A stretch of 64,000 nucleotides of DNA, taken from positions 128,001 through 192,000 of the forward strand of contig JBNRMN010000067.1 of assembly GCA_050309605.1 (NCBI GenBank). Reading direction: 5' to 3'. This document shows, one piece after another, positions 28,326-36,819 of this stretch (position 1 is the stretch's first letter; each line of letters begins with the position of its first letter). The notes below the pieces were generated by a model. The model ran no database searches and was not told where the DNA came from. It was given only the letters and a program-made list of their open reading frames with translations. The position numbers and the translations under genes were made by a program. Origin of the DNA: Anaerohalosphaeraceae bacterium (lineage in GTDB: Bacteria > Planctomycetota > Phycisphaerae > Sedimentisphaerales > Anaerohalosphaeraceae).

Positions 28326-29039
28326 TCAGAAACGTCGTATCAAAGACCATCCGCCTGCCAACAGGAGCACCAGCGTCGTCGGCTCCGGCACAACGTGGAA
28401 CTGAAACACCGCCTGGTGGGTCAGCCGATCGCCTTCGGCTGACAGCGCCGATGCTTCAAAGGTAATCCAGTAGTTGCCGGGCTGCGAAAAGGCAAGGTTG
28501 TAATGGCTGTGGGCGCCGGCCGGGACGGTTACTCGATCGTCGGCTAAGATACCGTCGCTGTCGGCCATAAAAACCACAGGCAATCCGAAACTGACTTTAT
28601 ACACGCTAAAATATCCGGGGCCATCGACTGCTATTAACGTAAGATCAAGTTGGTCGTTCAGGAAGATGCCCGTATCCACCTCTTCGGCCCCGATGCCGAC
28701 AAACGGCGAGGCGAAGGTTTCCGCGTCGGTTCGACTTTGCGGCAGACGCCACGTGTCATCGCCGGCCGCATTGCCCAAAAAATCCCATTCGGCACCCGCA
28801 GGGCGCGCAAAAACAGTGGAATTCGGCACAACGATGATTATCTCGTCGGGTTCGTATTCGGCATCGTGCGACAGGGCGAGGCCGTTGATGGTCGCTCCGG
28901 AATGAGCGTGCAGGTGCAATTCGAGAGCGTCGTGTTCACCCAGCCCGATATCCGCGTGGCCGGCGGTATATTCAACGTGTGCATCAACCGAACCAAGAAA
29001 TAACGCCGTCATAGTGAGCATCAAAACACCGGTTTTCAT
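28326..29039 (-). CDS. PEP-CTERM surface protein with choice-of-anchor-M-like His-motif domain
   Basis: YTAGHADIG, HSHYNLAFSQPGNYWITF; C-terminal VPEPTTLVLLLAGGWSLIRRF. Confidence 0.8.
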   Translation of the reverse strand: MKTGVLMLTMTALFLGSVDAHVEYTAGHADIGLGEHDALELHLHAHSGATINGLALSHDAEYEPDEIIIVVPNSTVFARPAGAEWDFLGNAAGDDTWRLPQSRTDAETFASPFVGIGAEEVDTGIFLNDQLDLTLIAVDGPGYFSVYKVSFGLPVVFMADSDGILADDRVTVPAGAHSHYNLAFSQPGNYWITFEASALSAEGDRLTHQAVFQFHVVPEPTTLVLLLAGGWSLIRRF

Positions 29040-29092
29040 TGAAGGGGTTCCTTTCTATCGAGAGAGTTTGTTTGTTCATAGAGTATATTGGA

Positions 29093-30034
29093 TTACGGAC
29101 ATTCGGATTCAAACGGAGTGCCGCACAGCAGCCACTGCGTTGCCAATTCGCACAGATCGTCCATCGTGACCTGTCCGGATTCGGTGATGTCGGCCCGGCC
29201 GCAGTCCGGCTGCCCGGCACAGGCGTCGCGCAGCCAGTGTGCGGCAAGCAAGGCAAAGTCGGCCCAATCGACCCTGCAATTACCGTTGATATCCGCCGTC
29301 AGCGCCGCATCGCAGCGGACATACGTTGAGATCTGAAGTTCCACCTCATACCGCCCCGGACGGGTAAACGCCCAACTGTTATGCGCGTGTTGACCGGCGG
29401 GAATGTAAAATACGTCCGACTCGGTGATACCGCCGTCGAAGGTGGAAAAGAACACCGTCGGCGCTGTACCGGCCTCCTGCCACATTGCGATATGGCCGTC
29501 TTTGGGACCGCGGACTTCGACAAGATGGACGCGCAGCCAGCGAGCGGGAGTGTTTGCGCTGCGAGTCGGATCATTCGGATCCCACAGACAAAGGGCGTTG
29601 CGTTCGTCGGCGGTCATATCCTGCGAGTCAAATCCCGGCGCCGGCGGCCGTTCCTGATCGTAGTGCCAGAAGGTTTCTCCCGGTACGGCGCCGATGAAGG
29701 CAAACGCCGGCGGCACGGCGCCCTGAAAAGCGAACCGATGTTCGGTCCCCAGCGCGAAGTATGCCTGCTCGGCTTCGATGCGGGTATCGGTCGCCGGGCG
29801 GTCGGTCTTGATGTGCACATCCCATCCGGAAAAACGCAGCGGGATTTCGATGTCCGTATGTGCCGCCGGTATCATCTGCGCCGCGTTCGGGTCGGACGGC
29901 GATGTTTCCACGCCGAAGTGCAGCGTGACGACAGGGCTTTGGCTCAGGACACAGTAATCGCCATAGACGGCCGCATTGCCATATAACGCAACGCACAAAC
30001 AGGACACACGGACAAAAAAGTTCAGCGGTTTCAT
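29093..30034 (-). CDS. choice-of-anchor-M-like protein with C-terminal dockerin-like domain
   Basis: Signal peptide; AHTDI, QHAHNSWAFTRPGRYEV; ADINGNCRVDWADF and ADITESGQVTMDDL. Confidence 0.75.
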   Translation of the reverse strand: MKPLNFFVRVSCLCVALYGNAAVYGDYCVLSQSPVVTLHFGVETSPSDPNAAQMIPAAHTDIEIPLRFSGWDVHIKTDRPATDTRIEAEQAYFALGTEHRFAFQGAVPPAFAFIGAVPGETFWHYDQERPPAPGFDSQDMTADERNALCLWDPNDPTRSANTPARWLRVHLVEVRGPKDGHIAMWQEAGTAPTVFFSTFDGGITESDVFYIPAGQHAHNSWAFTRPGRYEVELQISTYVRCDAALTADINGNCRVDWADFALLAAHWLRDACAGQPDCGRADITESGQVTMDDLCELATQWLLCGTPFESECP

Positions 30035-30047
30035 GGAATCTGTTCCT

Positions 30048-30773
30048 CTATCGGCTTGGTTTTGCAAAATTGAAATTGCGGTCAGACATGTCTTTGACGG
30101 CTTCGGCGGTGATGACCTCGGTGCGGGTATCGGCGTACAGAAACAGCGTAGAGCCGCGGGTGTTGTCTTCGTTGGGGCTGCCGGTTCGATAGCGGTCCGG
30201 CTGGATGTCGGCACGTATGGCGGTCCATCGCTGCTCGGCTTCGTCGGATACGAACCAACTGCGCGAGTGGGTATGATCCGCCCCTGCGTCAATCGCGTTC
30301 CAGCGGTCGGCGGCGACAAAGACGGTTATTGCGGTGTCTTTGCGCCGAAGACGATGGAGGTTATGAAACGATTCGTCGGCGACAAGCTGACCGAATCGAT
30401 ACCACGGCGTCATATAGTCATTCATAATATAGCTGGTGGTGTTGTTTTCAAGCCGTTCTTTGCCCTGCGGATCGGCCGGGCAAATACGGATTTGATCGAC
30501 ATTGGACAGATACGGCGACAGGGTGTAAATCCAGGTCTGCCGCACATCGGAGACGGTATGAGTGGTCAGCGGAAAATCTCCTTCATAGTCGTCGGCGTAA
30601 AGCGTCATCGCGATGCCGATCTGCCGCAGATTGCTCATTGACACAAGGCGTTTGGCCGTTGTTCGCGCAGTGCGCAGGCCGGGCATAACGATGGCCAGCA
30701 GCATCGCAACAATCGCAATCACCACCAGCAATTCAATCAGGGTAAACCCTTTGGAAGGAATTGTCGTACGCAT
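30048..30773 (-). CDS. prepilin-type N-terminal cleavage/methylation protein (DUF1559-like)
   Basis: KG|FTLIELLVVIAIVAML, SNLRQIGIA, DHTH motif, degenerate C-terminal LFLYAD motif; start could be 30803. Confidence 0.88.
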   Translation of the reverse strand: MRTTIPSKGFTLIELLVVIAIVAMLLAIVMPGLRTARTTAKRLVSMSNLRQIGIAMTLYADDYEGDFPLTTHTVSDVRQTWIYTLSPYLSNVDQIRICPADPQGKERLENNTTSYIMNDYMTPWYRFGQLVADESFHNLHRLRRKDTAITVFVAADRWNAIDAGADHTHSRSWFVSDEAEQRWTAIRADIQPDRYRTGSPNEDNTRGSTLFLYADTRTEVITAEAVKDMSDRNFNFAKPSR

Positions 30774-30857
30774 GAGACCTGCTTTCTTTGTGGACAGACG
30801 CATGGTCTGAAAACAAGAATGTCCGTAATCCGTAAAACGAACAGATCGATTGTTGGA

Positions 30858-31214
30858 TTAGGCGACAGGCGGCGCGCGGGCAATCGCGGCGTGCAAGAAA
30901 GCGGTGCGGACTGAAAAAGACCGGCAAGCAGCCTGACCCCCTTGCCCTTCGTCGATTAAACAAATCGGCTGCGGCAGGGAGGAAAAACCGGTGTCAATCA
31001 GTGATTTTAAGAGATGACAGGTGCCGCACCGGGTTGGCGCATGGCTGCCGAGAGGGTCGGGTTGATCATCCTGATTGTGTCGGTCGCACTCGGCGGGCTG
31101 GATATGGCAGGCGGATAAATGCAGCGACAGCAGCACAGAAGGGCTTGCCGTTGTCAAGCACAACAGGCTTACAAGGAGAACGAGCAGCGGGATGTTCAAA
31201 AGCCGTTTGTTCAT
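30858..31214 (-). CDS. DUF2946-like small exported protein with CxxC and C-terminal RAPP
   Basis: Hydrophobic N-terminus, H/C-rich segment, CGTCH, ends IARAPPVA. Confidence 0.72.
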   Translation of the reverse strand: MNKRLLNIPLLVLLVSLLCLTTASPSVLLSLHLSACHIQPAECDRHNQDDQPDPLGSHAPTRCGTCHLLKSLIDTGFSSLPQPICLIDEGQGGQAACRSFSVRTAFLHAAIARAPPVA

Positions 31215-31216
31215 GG

Positions 31217-31636
31217 TTATTGGCACAGGGCGCAAAGTCCTTCAATTCGAATTTGCTGGCGGTGCATCGTCAGGCCGTCGGGCAGCTTGACCAGCGGGGC
31301 CTCAATGCCGATCAGGCATTCGGTGCGCCGGCAGCGCACGCAGGTAAAATGCGGGTGGCACTGGGTTGCCGTGCAATGATGCGCCGGCTCAAAATGCCAT
31401 TGCCGCTGCTGCACGAACGCCTTGTGGACCAGATTGGTCTTAACCAGGCTCATCAGCGTGCGGTAAATGGTCGTCTTGTCCGGCGCATCATGGCCCAGAC
31501 GTTCGGCGATTTGCTGTTGGGTTAAGGGGCAGCCGGCCTGCAGCAGGGCCGTCATCACCGCCACCCGCGGCGTGGTGATGCGCAGCCGTTTTTGTTTCAG
31601 CATGGCCACGGCCAGAGGGTCAGTGTTGTGTTTCAT
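31217..31636 (-). CDS. Fur family transcriptional regulator (Zur-like)
   Basis: LRITTPR, TTIYRTL, HPHFTCVRC, GLCALC; ATGA overlap with the upstream gene. Confidence 0.9.
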   Translation of the reverse strand: MKHNTDPLAVAMLKQKRLRITTPRVAVMTALLQAGCPLTQQQIAERLGHDAPDKTTIYRTLMSLVKTNLVHKAFVQQRQWHFEPAHHCTATQCHPHFTCVRCRRTECLIGIEAPLVKLPDGLTMHRQQIRIEGLCALCQ

Positions 31637-32391
31637 GGGGCGGTCTCCTTTGGCTCTGCCGGGTCGTGCTTTCCGCATAGCACACAGCTATGGCGGCCCA
31701 AATGGACGCCGTCGGCACGGAGAAACAGCGTCGGAAACACAATATCGCTCAGACAGCACGGCAGCCAGACGGCCAAAAACAGGACAATAAACATCCCTAA
31801 AAGCAATCCAAAGCTCAACTGGTCGGGGCTGCTGATCAGCATAAAACTGGCTGAGGCCCACGTGCTGACCAGGATATGCCCGGCGTGTGGAATTTTGGTC
31901 AATGGACGGAAATAGGCCAGTACCACGCCCAGCAAGGCGGCCGGAGTGACCAGATACCACTCTTCGATAAACCCCAGATGCAGGTGGGGTTCGTGGCCGT
32001 GATCGCAGTCCGGGCCGTGGGCATGGTCGCTGTCGTCGAGGGTGTGCAGGGCGGCATGGGTCGGAATCGCCGCCCCAAGAACCGATTGCCCCAGATACGG
32101 TAAAAGCGAGTCGCTTAATGTCGCAATGCCGATAGAGCCGACATAGCCGATCACTAAAATAACCAAAAAACTGCTTGCCTTGCGGTGGAGTTTGAACAAT
32201 GCGGCGGTGACCATCGCGCTGAGCACCACGTGCAAAGGATGAAAAACCGAAAACAGCCGCAGGGCATTCTCCTTGCTGATGTCTTTAAACAGCAGCATAA
32301 ATCCAATCCCCAGAGCGGCACCGAGCAGGGTAAACGGACTATGGGCTTTCAGTTCCAGCCCGATGTGTTTGAATCGATCCCATACGCTCAT
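31633..32391 (-). CDS. His-rich multi-pass membrane protein (putative metal permease)
   Basis: About six TM helices; HSPFT, FHPLHV, DHAHGPDCDHGHEPHLH loop, PCCLSD. Confidence 0.7.
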   Translation of the reverse strand: MSVWDRFKHIGLELKAHSPFTLLGAALGIGFMLLFKDISKENALRLFSVFHPLHVVLSAMVTAALFKLHRKASSFLVILVIGYVGSIGIATLSDSLLPYLGQSVLGAAIPTHAALHTLDDSDHAHGPDCDHGHEPHLHLGFIEEWYLVTPAALLGVVLAYFRPLTKIPHAGHILVSTWASASFMLISSPDQLSFGLLLGMFIVLFLAVWLPCCLSDIVFPTLFLRADGVHLGRHSCVLCGKHDPAEPKETAP

Positions 32392-32420
32392 ATCTCTGCC
32401 TGCCTGAAAAAGGGCTTCTT

Positions 32421-32439
32421 TTTGCAACTTAGTTGCAAA
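32421..32439. promoter_or_regulatory. perfect 9-1-9 palindrome, putative Fur/Zur operator
   Basis: TTTGCAACT-T-AGTTGCAAA just downstream of a minus-strand TTGAAA-16-TATAAA promoter (32472-32445). Confidence 0.75.
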
Positions 32440-32480
32440 TACAATTTATACTCTGATTTTGTTCATTTTCAACCACAAAA

Positions 32481-32867
32481 TTATGAATTTTGTACGGCCG
32501 TGGCGATGATTTCCACCGCCGCTCCGGCCGGCAGGGCCGCGACGGCATAGGCGGCACGGGCGGGGTAGGGCGGCTTAAAAAAATCTTTATAAAGTGCGTT
32601 TATCGCACCAAAATCATCTATATGAGTCATTAACACCACGACTTGAACCACATCGGCCACGGCAAAGCCGGCCGCATCAAGGATGGCCTGGATGTTCTTC
32701 AGCGCCTGAGCGGCCTGAGCGGCGGTATCGGCGGAAACCAGTTTGCCGGTGGTTGGATCAAGGCCGAGCTGACCCGACAGATACAGGGTGTTCCCGACCT
32801 GAATTGCCTGAGAATAGGGGCCGATGGCCGCCGGGGCGGCGTCCGTTCGGATGGCTTTCGGGGGCAT
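32481..32867 (-). CDS. ridA: RidA family reactive intermediate deaminase
   Basis: APAAIGPYSQA, YLSGQL, PARAAY..LP..VEI. Confidence 0.92.
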   Translation of the reverse strand: MPPKAIRTDAAPAAIGPYSQAIQVGNTLYLSGQLGLDPTTGKLVSADTAAQAAQALKNIQAILDAAGFAVADVVQVVVLMTHIDDFGAINALYKDFFKPPYPARAAYAVAALPAGAAVEIIATAVQNS

Positions 32868-33039
32868 TGTTATCCTTTCTTTTTGCATTGTTTGACCCGT
32901 TTTTCAATTGTTTTCGCAGATTTTGCCGCAAACATCCACGTTCTCAGCCGCCTATTGTATCTCAAGACGGCCTGAAGGAAAGGCTTGCTCGGTCCGCGTG
33001 AGCATTGTATGATGCTACTTTTATTTGTGGGAAACGCAA

Positions 33040-34011
33040 ATGCAGATTGCTGAATCGATTGAACAAATCAGCCAACTGCCTCGGGGTATGGCGCTGAGTA
33101 TTGGCAACTTTGACGGTGTGCATCGCGGGCACCAGACGATCATTGCCGCGGCCAAACGCGCCGCCGAGCAGCGCGGCGCGCAAACGGCGGTGATGACGTT
33201 TGATCCGCACCCGGCGGCGATATTACGGCCCGACAAGGCGCCGGGGGTGTTGACGCCTCTGCCGCAAAAGCTGCGTCTGCTCCAGGCGGCCGGGGTGGAT
33301 GTCGTGATTGTGATTCGCGACAGTTTGAGTCTGCTGAATCTGTCGCCGAGCGATTTTGTTGATCGGTTCCTGATGTCGCATCTGTCGCCGTCGGTGATTG
33401 TCGAAGGGCCGAATTTTACGTTCGGCTACGGTCGCAGCGGCACAATGCAGACGCTGCGCAAACTCGGTGCCGAGCGCGGTTTTGAGGTCATCGAGGCGCC
33501 GTTTACCGAGGTGCGGCTGGGCAAAGATCGGCGTGCGGCGACCTGTTCCAGCTCGCTGATTCGCGAGATGCTCGAAAAAGGCGCTGTCTTTGAGGCCGCC
33601 CAACTGCTGAGCCGTCCGTACCGATTGGCCGGATCGGTGGTGACCGGTCGCGGCATTGGACGAACCCTTGGGTTTCCGACCGCCAATGTGCATCCGGCTG
33701 GGCAAATTCTGCCGTCCGAGGGCGTGTATGCGGGCTATGTCGTGGTCGGCGGTTCGTTTGAGGACGTGTGCTTTGGCGGTCAGCGACGCCCGGCGGCGCT
33801 GAGCATCGGACGGGCCAAGACGTTCATTACCGATTATCCGCTGCTGCTGGAGGCGCATTTGCTGGAGGATAATGTTGAAAATCTCTACGGCCAATGGGTC
33901 GGACTGGACTTTATGGAGTGGCTGCGCAATCAGCGGCGGTTCACCTCACGGGAAGATCTGTCTGAGCAAATCGCCCAGGATTGCCGCGACGCTTTGGCGG
34001 TGCTGATATGA
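33040..34011 (+). CDS. ribF: bifunctional riboflavin kinase/FAD synthetase
   Basis: GNFDGVHRGH, TFDPHP, SSSLIRE, GRTLGFPTAN, LEAHLL. Confidence 0.95.
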   Translation: MQIAESIEQISQLPRGMALSIGNFDGVHRGHQTIIAAAKRAAEQRGAQTAVMTFDPHPAAILRPDKAPGVLTPLPQKLRLLQAAGVDVVIVIRDSLSLLNLSPSDFVDRFLMSHLSPSVIVEGPNFTFGYGRSGTMQTLRKLGAERGFEVIEAPFTEVRLGKDRRAATCSSSLIREMLEKGAVFEAAQLLSRPYRLAGSVVTGRGIGRTLGFPTANVHPAGQILPSEGVYAGYVVVGGSFEDVCFGGQRRPAALSIGRAKTFITDYPLLLEAHLLEDNVENLYGQWVGLDFMEWLRNQRRFTSREDLSEQIAQDCRDALAVLI

Positions 34012-34042
34012 GGTCAGAAGACAGAGGTCAGAGGACAGAGGT
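34010..34042 (+). repeat. 7-nt-period repeat (AGAGGTC/AGAAGAC/AGAGGAC), left arm of cassette
   Basis: gaggtcagaagacagaggtcagaggacagaggt; inverted partner at 34326-34352. Confidence 0.8.
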
Positions 34043-34046
34043 TGGA

Positions 34047-34297
34047 ATGGACGGTGCGATTCGAAACGTGAATGATTTGAAAGTTTATCGACTTGCTTAT
34101 CAAGACGCTACCTTCAGGTTTTTATACGTCACCTCAACGATGCTTTGGGGTCTGGAGAAGAAACGCGAGGCTGGCTGAATTTCTCTATGGATTGTGATTA
34201 TATCAACAAGGAGCAATTTCAGCGGCTGGACAGCCGCTACGATGAAGTGAATGCAATGTTGTATAGGTTAATGAATGGATGGAAAGACAGAAAGTAA
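34047..34297 (+). pseudogene. four-helix-bundle (23S rRNA IVS protein-like) gene with internal deletion and frameshift
   Basis: MDGAIRNVNDLKVYRLAYQ joined out of frame to RRYLQVFIRHLNDALGSGEETRGWLNFSMDCDYI..YDEVNAMLYRLM*. Confidence 0.8.
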
Positions 34298-34325
34298 AAT
34301 GAAGAAGGCAAAGGTTCGATTATCT

Positions 34326-34352
34326 CGACCTCTGACTTCTGTTCTCTGTCTT
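34326..34352 (-). repeat. 7-nt-period repeat, right (inverted) arm
   Basis: cgacctctgacttctgttctctgtctt is approximately the reverse complement of the left arm. Confidence 0.75.
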
Positions 34353-34383
34353 CAGTTCAAGAAAACAAGGAATATGATTTAGA

Positions 34384-35412
34384 ATGCCGAGCAACACGGA
34401 TTATGATCAAGTGGTGAAGGTATTGATGAACGCCGAGCGTGTGCTGTTGACGACGCATCTGCGTCCGGACGGGGACGGGTGCGGGTGTATGCGGGCGTTG
34501 ATGGAACATTTAACGTCCGCCGGCAAGACGGTGCATCCGCTGGTGCTCTCGCCGCTGGCCAATTGGTACGCGGAGTTGTTTGACGGCCCGGTGCCGGTGC
34601 TGGGCAATGACGTCCGGCCCGACGACCTGCCGCGGGTTTATGGCGATTGCGATTTGATGGTGATCGTCGATACAAACAGTCTGGTTCAGCTTCCGGGGCT
34701 GGAGGCCTTTATCGCGCATAGCCGCACGGCCGGTCGCCCGAAGATATTAGTCATTGATCACCATATTACCGGCGATCATCTGGGCGATGTGGAATTGCTT
34801 GATCCGGCTGCGGCTGCGGCCGGAGAAATCGTTTATGATTTGTTCAAGACGGTCGGGTGGGACATGACGCCGCGAATTGCCGAGGCGATTTTTGTTGCGC
34901 TGGCGACCGATACCGGCTGGTTCAAGTACGGCAACGCCGACAGCCGCATCTTTCATACCGCCGCCGAGCTGGTCAGCATCGGCGTGCATCCCAACGAGAT
35001 GTATCGACGGTTGTATCAGAGTTTTTCGCCCGCCCGGCTGGCACTGATGACACGGATGCTTGAGCACCTGGCCCTCCACGCCGACGGACGAATCGCCACC
35101 CAGTATATTCTGCGCAGGGATTTTGATGAAACAGGCGCATCCGGACCCGATACCGAAAATCTCATCGATGAATGCCAGCGGATCGGTACGGTTGAAGTGG
35201 CGGTGCTGCTGGTGGAGCTGTCCGACGGGCGGTTTCGCTGTTCGCTGCGAAGCAAAGGCGATGTGGATGTGCGGGCGATTGCCCAGGCCTATGGCGGCGG
35301 GGGTCATACGCTGGCGGCCGGGGTGACCATGGACGGGCCGCTTGATGCGGCGATGGAGCGGCTGGTGGAGGATGTCCGAGGTCAGATGGCAGAGGGCAGG
35401 TTCGGAATTTGA
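34384..35412 (+). CDS. nrnA: DHH family phosphoesterase (NrnA-like oligoribonuclease/PAP phosphatase)
   Basis: HLRPDGD, VDT, IDHH, TDTG, SLRS, GGGGH. Confidence 0.88.
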   Translation: MPSNTDYDQVVKVLMNAERVLLTTHLRPDGDGCGCMRALMEHLTSAGKTVHPLVLSPLANWYAELFDGPVPVLGNDVRPDDLPRVYGDCDLMVIVDTNSLVQLPGLEAFIAHSRTAGRPKILVIDHHITGDHLGDVELLDPAAAAAGEIVYDLFKTVGWDMTPRIAEAIFVALATDTGWFKYGNADSRIFHTAAELVSIGVHPNEMYRRLYQSFSPARLALMTRMLEHLALHADGRIATQYILRRDFDETGASGPDTENLIDECQRIGTVEVAVLLVELSDGRFRCSLRSKGDVDVRAIAQAYGGGGHTLAAGVTMDGPLDAAMERLVEDVRGQMAEGRFGI

Positions 35413-35462
35413 AATCTGAAAATTGAGATCAGATTTGAAATCATAGGATTTACAATTTGAGA
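35378..35462 (+). repeat. stacked 7-nt-period repeats (GAGGTCA/GATGGCA then ATTTGAA/ATCTGAA)
   Basis: Visible periodicity across the nrnA 3' end and the intergenic gap. Confidence 0.6.
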
Positions 35463-35468
35463 TGAGTA

Positions 35469-36806
35469 TTGGGTATCGGACCTCGAAAATACCAATTTGA
35501 TGTGTTGTCCGGTCGGTTTCTGGCGGCTCGGCTTCCGCTGCTGGCGGCGTCGGTGCTGCTGGTGTGTTTGAGTCTGGTGACGATTTATGCCATCGGACAT
35601 CCGCAGGTCGAGCCGGACAATCCGGCCGAGGCCGCCGAGCAGACGGGCCGGGACGAAGCATCGGTTCGCAGCGCGGCCGCGACCGGCCGCTATGCGGGCT
35701 ACTGGCTGCGGCAGGCGGGGTTCGCGGTGGTGGGGCTGGGGTGTTTGGTCGGCGTTAACCTCTTTGATTACAGGCGGTTAGGGCCATACAGCTACACGCT
35801 TTACGCGGTCATTCTGGCGCTGTTGATGGTGCTGATGATCGACAAATACATTGACCTGCCGTTTGTGCCGGTGGTCAACAATGCCCGGCGGTGGATTCGT
35901 GTAACGATTATGGGGCGCGATTTGCTCAACATCCAGCCGTCGGAGTTCTGCAAGGTTGGCTTTATTATTGCGTTGGCGTGGTATCTTCGGTTTCGCGAGA
36001 ATTATCGGACGTTCAAGGGACTGGTCGGGCCGTTCGCGATTACGCTGCTGGCGATTGTGCTGATTTTGCGGCAGCCGGACTTGGGGACGGTGATGCTGCT
36101 GATGCCGATCTTGTTTGCGATGCTGTTCGTGGCCGGGGCGCGGGTCAAGCATCTGTTGTTCATTATAATGATGGCGGCGCTGGCGGCGCCGGTCTTGTGG
36201 AATTTTATGCACAGTTACCAGCGAATGCGGATTGCGTCGGTGGCACTGCAGAATGAACGGATTTTTGAAGCGGTGCGGTCGCGTCCTCGGCTGGCCAATT
36301 ATCTGGTGGGCGACGCCGAGCGGCTGCGGACGTGGCGGCGGGACGAGGGCTACCACCTGCTGCACTCCAAACAGGCCATTGCGTCCGGCGGTCTGTGGGG
36401 GTATGGGCTGGGCAAAGGGCCGTACATACGCTACGATTACCTGCCCGAACGGCACAACGACTTTATTTTCGCGGCCATTGCCCATCAATTGGGCCTGGGC
36501 GGGTGTGTGGTGGTCTTGCTGCTGTATGCGGTGATTATTGCCACGGCGATGGAGATTGCATGGCTGAATACCGATGCGTTTGGTCGGCTTGTGGCCGCCG
36601 GCATCGGGGCGATGTTTGCGGTGGAGGTGTTGGTCAATATCAATATGACGCTGGGGCTGATGCCGATTACAGGATTGACGCTGCCGCTGTTGAGCTACGG
36701 CGGCTCGAGTATGGTCGTGCATATGATCGCTATTGGGCTGCTCAATAATATCGGACGCGACCGGCCGTTCTCCGTGGCCAAAAAGCCGTTTGAGTTTCAA
36801 AATTAG
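35469..36806 (+). CDS. SEDS family peptidoglycan glycosyltransferase (RodA/FtsW)
   Basis: ARRWI, IQPSEFCK, QPDLGT, YLPERHNDFIF, PITGLTLPLLSYGGSS; start uncertain. Confidence 0.92.
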   Translation: MGIGPRKYQFDVLSGRFLAARLPLLAASVLLVCLSLVTIYAIGHPQVEPDNPAEAAEQTGRDEASVRSAAATGRYAGYWLRQAGFAVVGLGCLVGVNLFDYRRLGPYSYTLYAVILALLMVLMIDKYIDLPFVPVVNNARRWIRVTIMGRDLLNIQPSEFCKVGFIIALAWYLRFRENYRTFKGLVGPFAITLLAIVLILRQPDLGTVMLLMPILFAMLFVAGARVKHLLFIIMMAALAAPVLWNFMHSYQRMRIASVALQNERIFEAVRSRPRLANYLVGDAERLRTWRRDEGYHLLHSKQAIASGGLWGYGLGKGPYIRYDYLPERHNDFIFAAIAHQLGLGGCVVVLLLYAVIIATAMEIAWLNTDAFGRLVAAGIGAMFAVEVLVNINMTLGLMPITGLTLPLLSYGGSSMVVHMIAIGLLNNIGRDRPFSVAKKPFEFQN

Positions 36807-36819
36807 AGGTCAGAAGACA

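Noticed and set aside
30035..30319. Upstream extension of the 29093 ORF (408 aa)
   Set aside because: Overlaps the prepilin gene in another frame; a signal peptide begins at 30034.
33981..34178. 65-aa ORF in the track
   Set aside because: Chimera of the ribF overlap, heptamer repeat and the frameshifted four-helix pseudogene.
34047..34297. Diversity-generating retroelement (Avd-like gene)
   Set aside because: No reverse transcriptase and no template/variable repeat pair with adenine-specific differences in the window.
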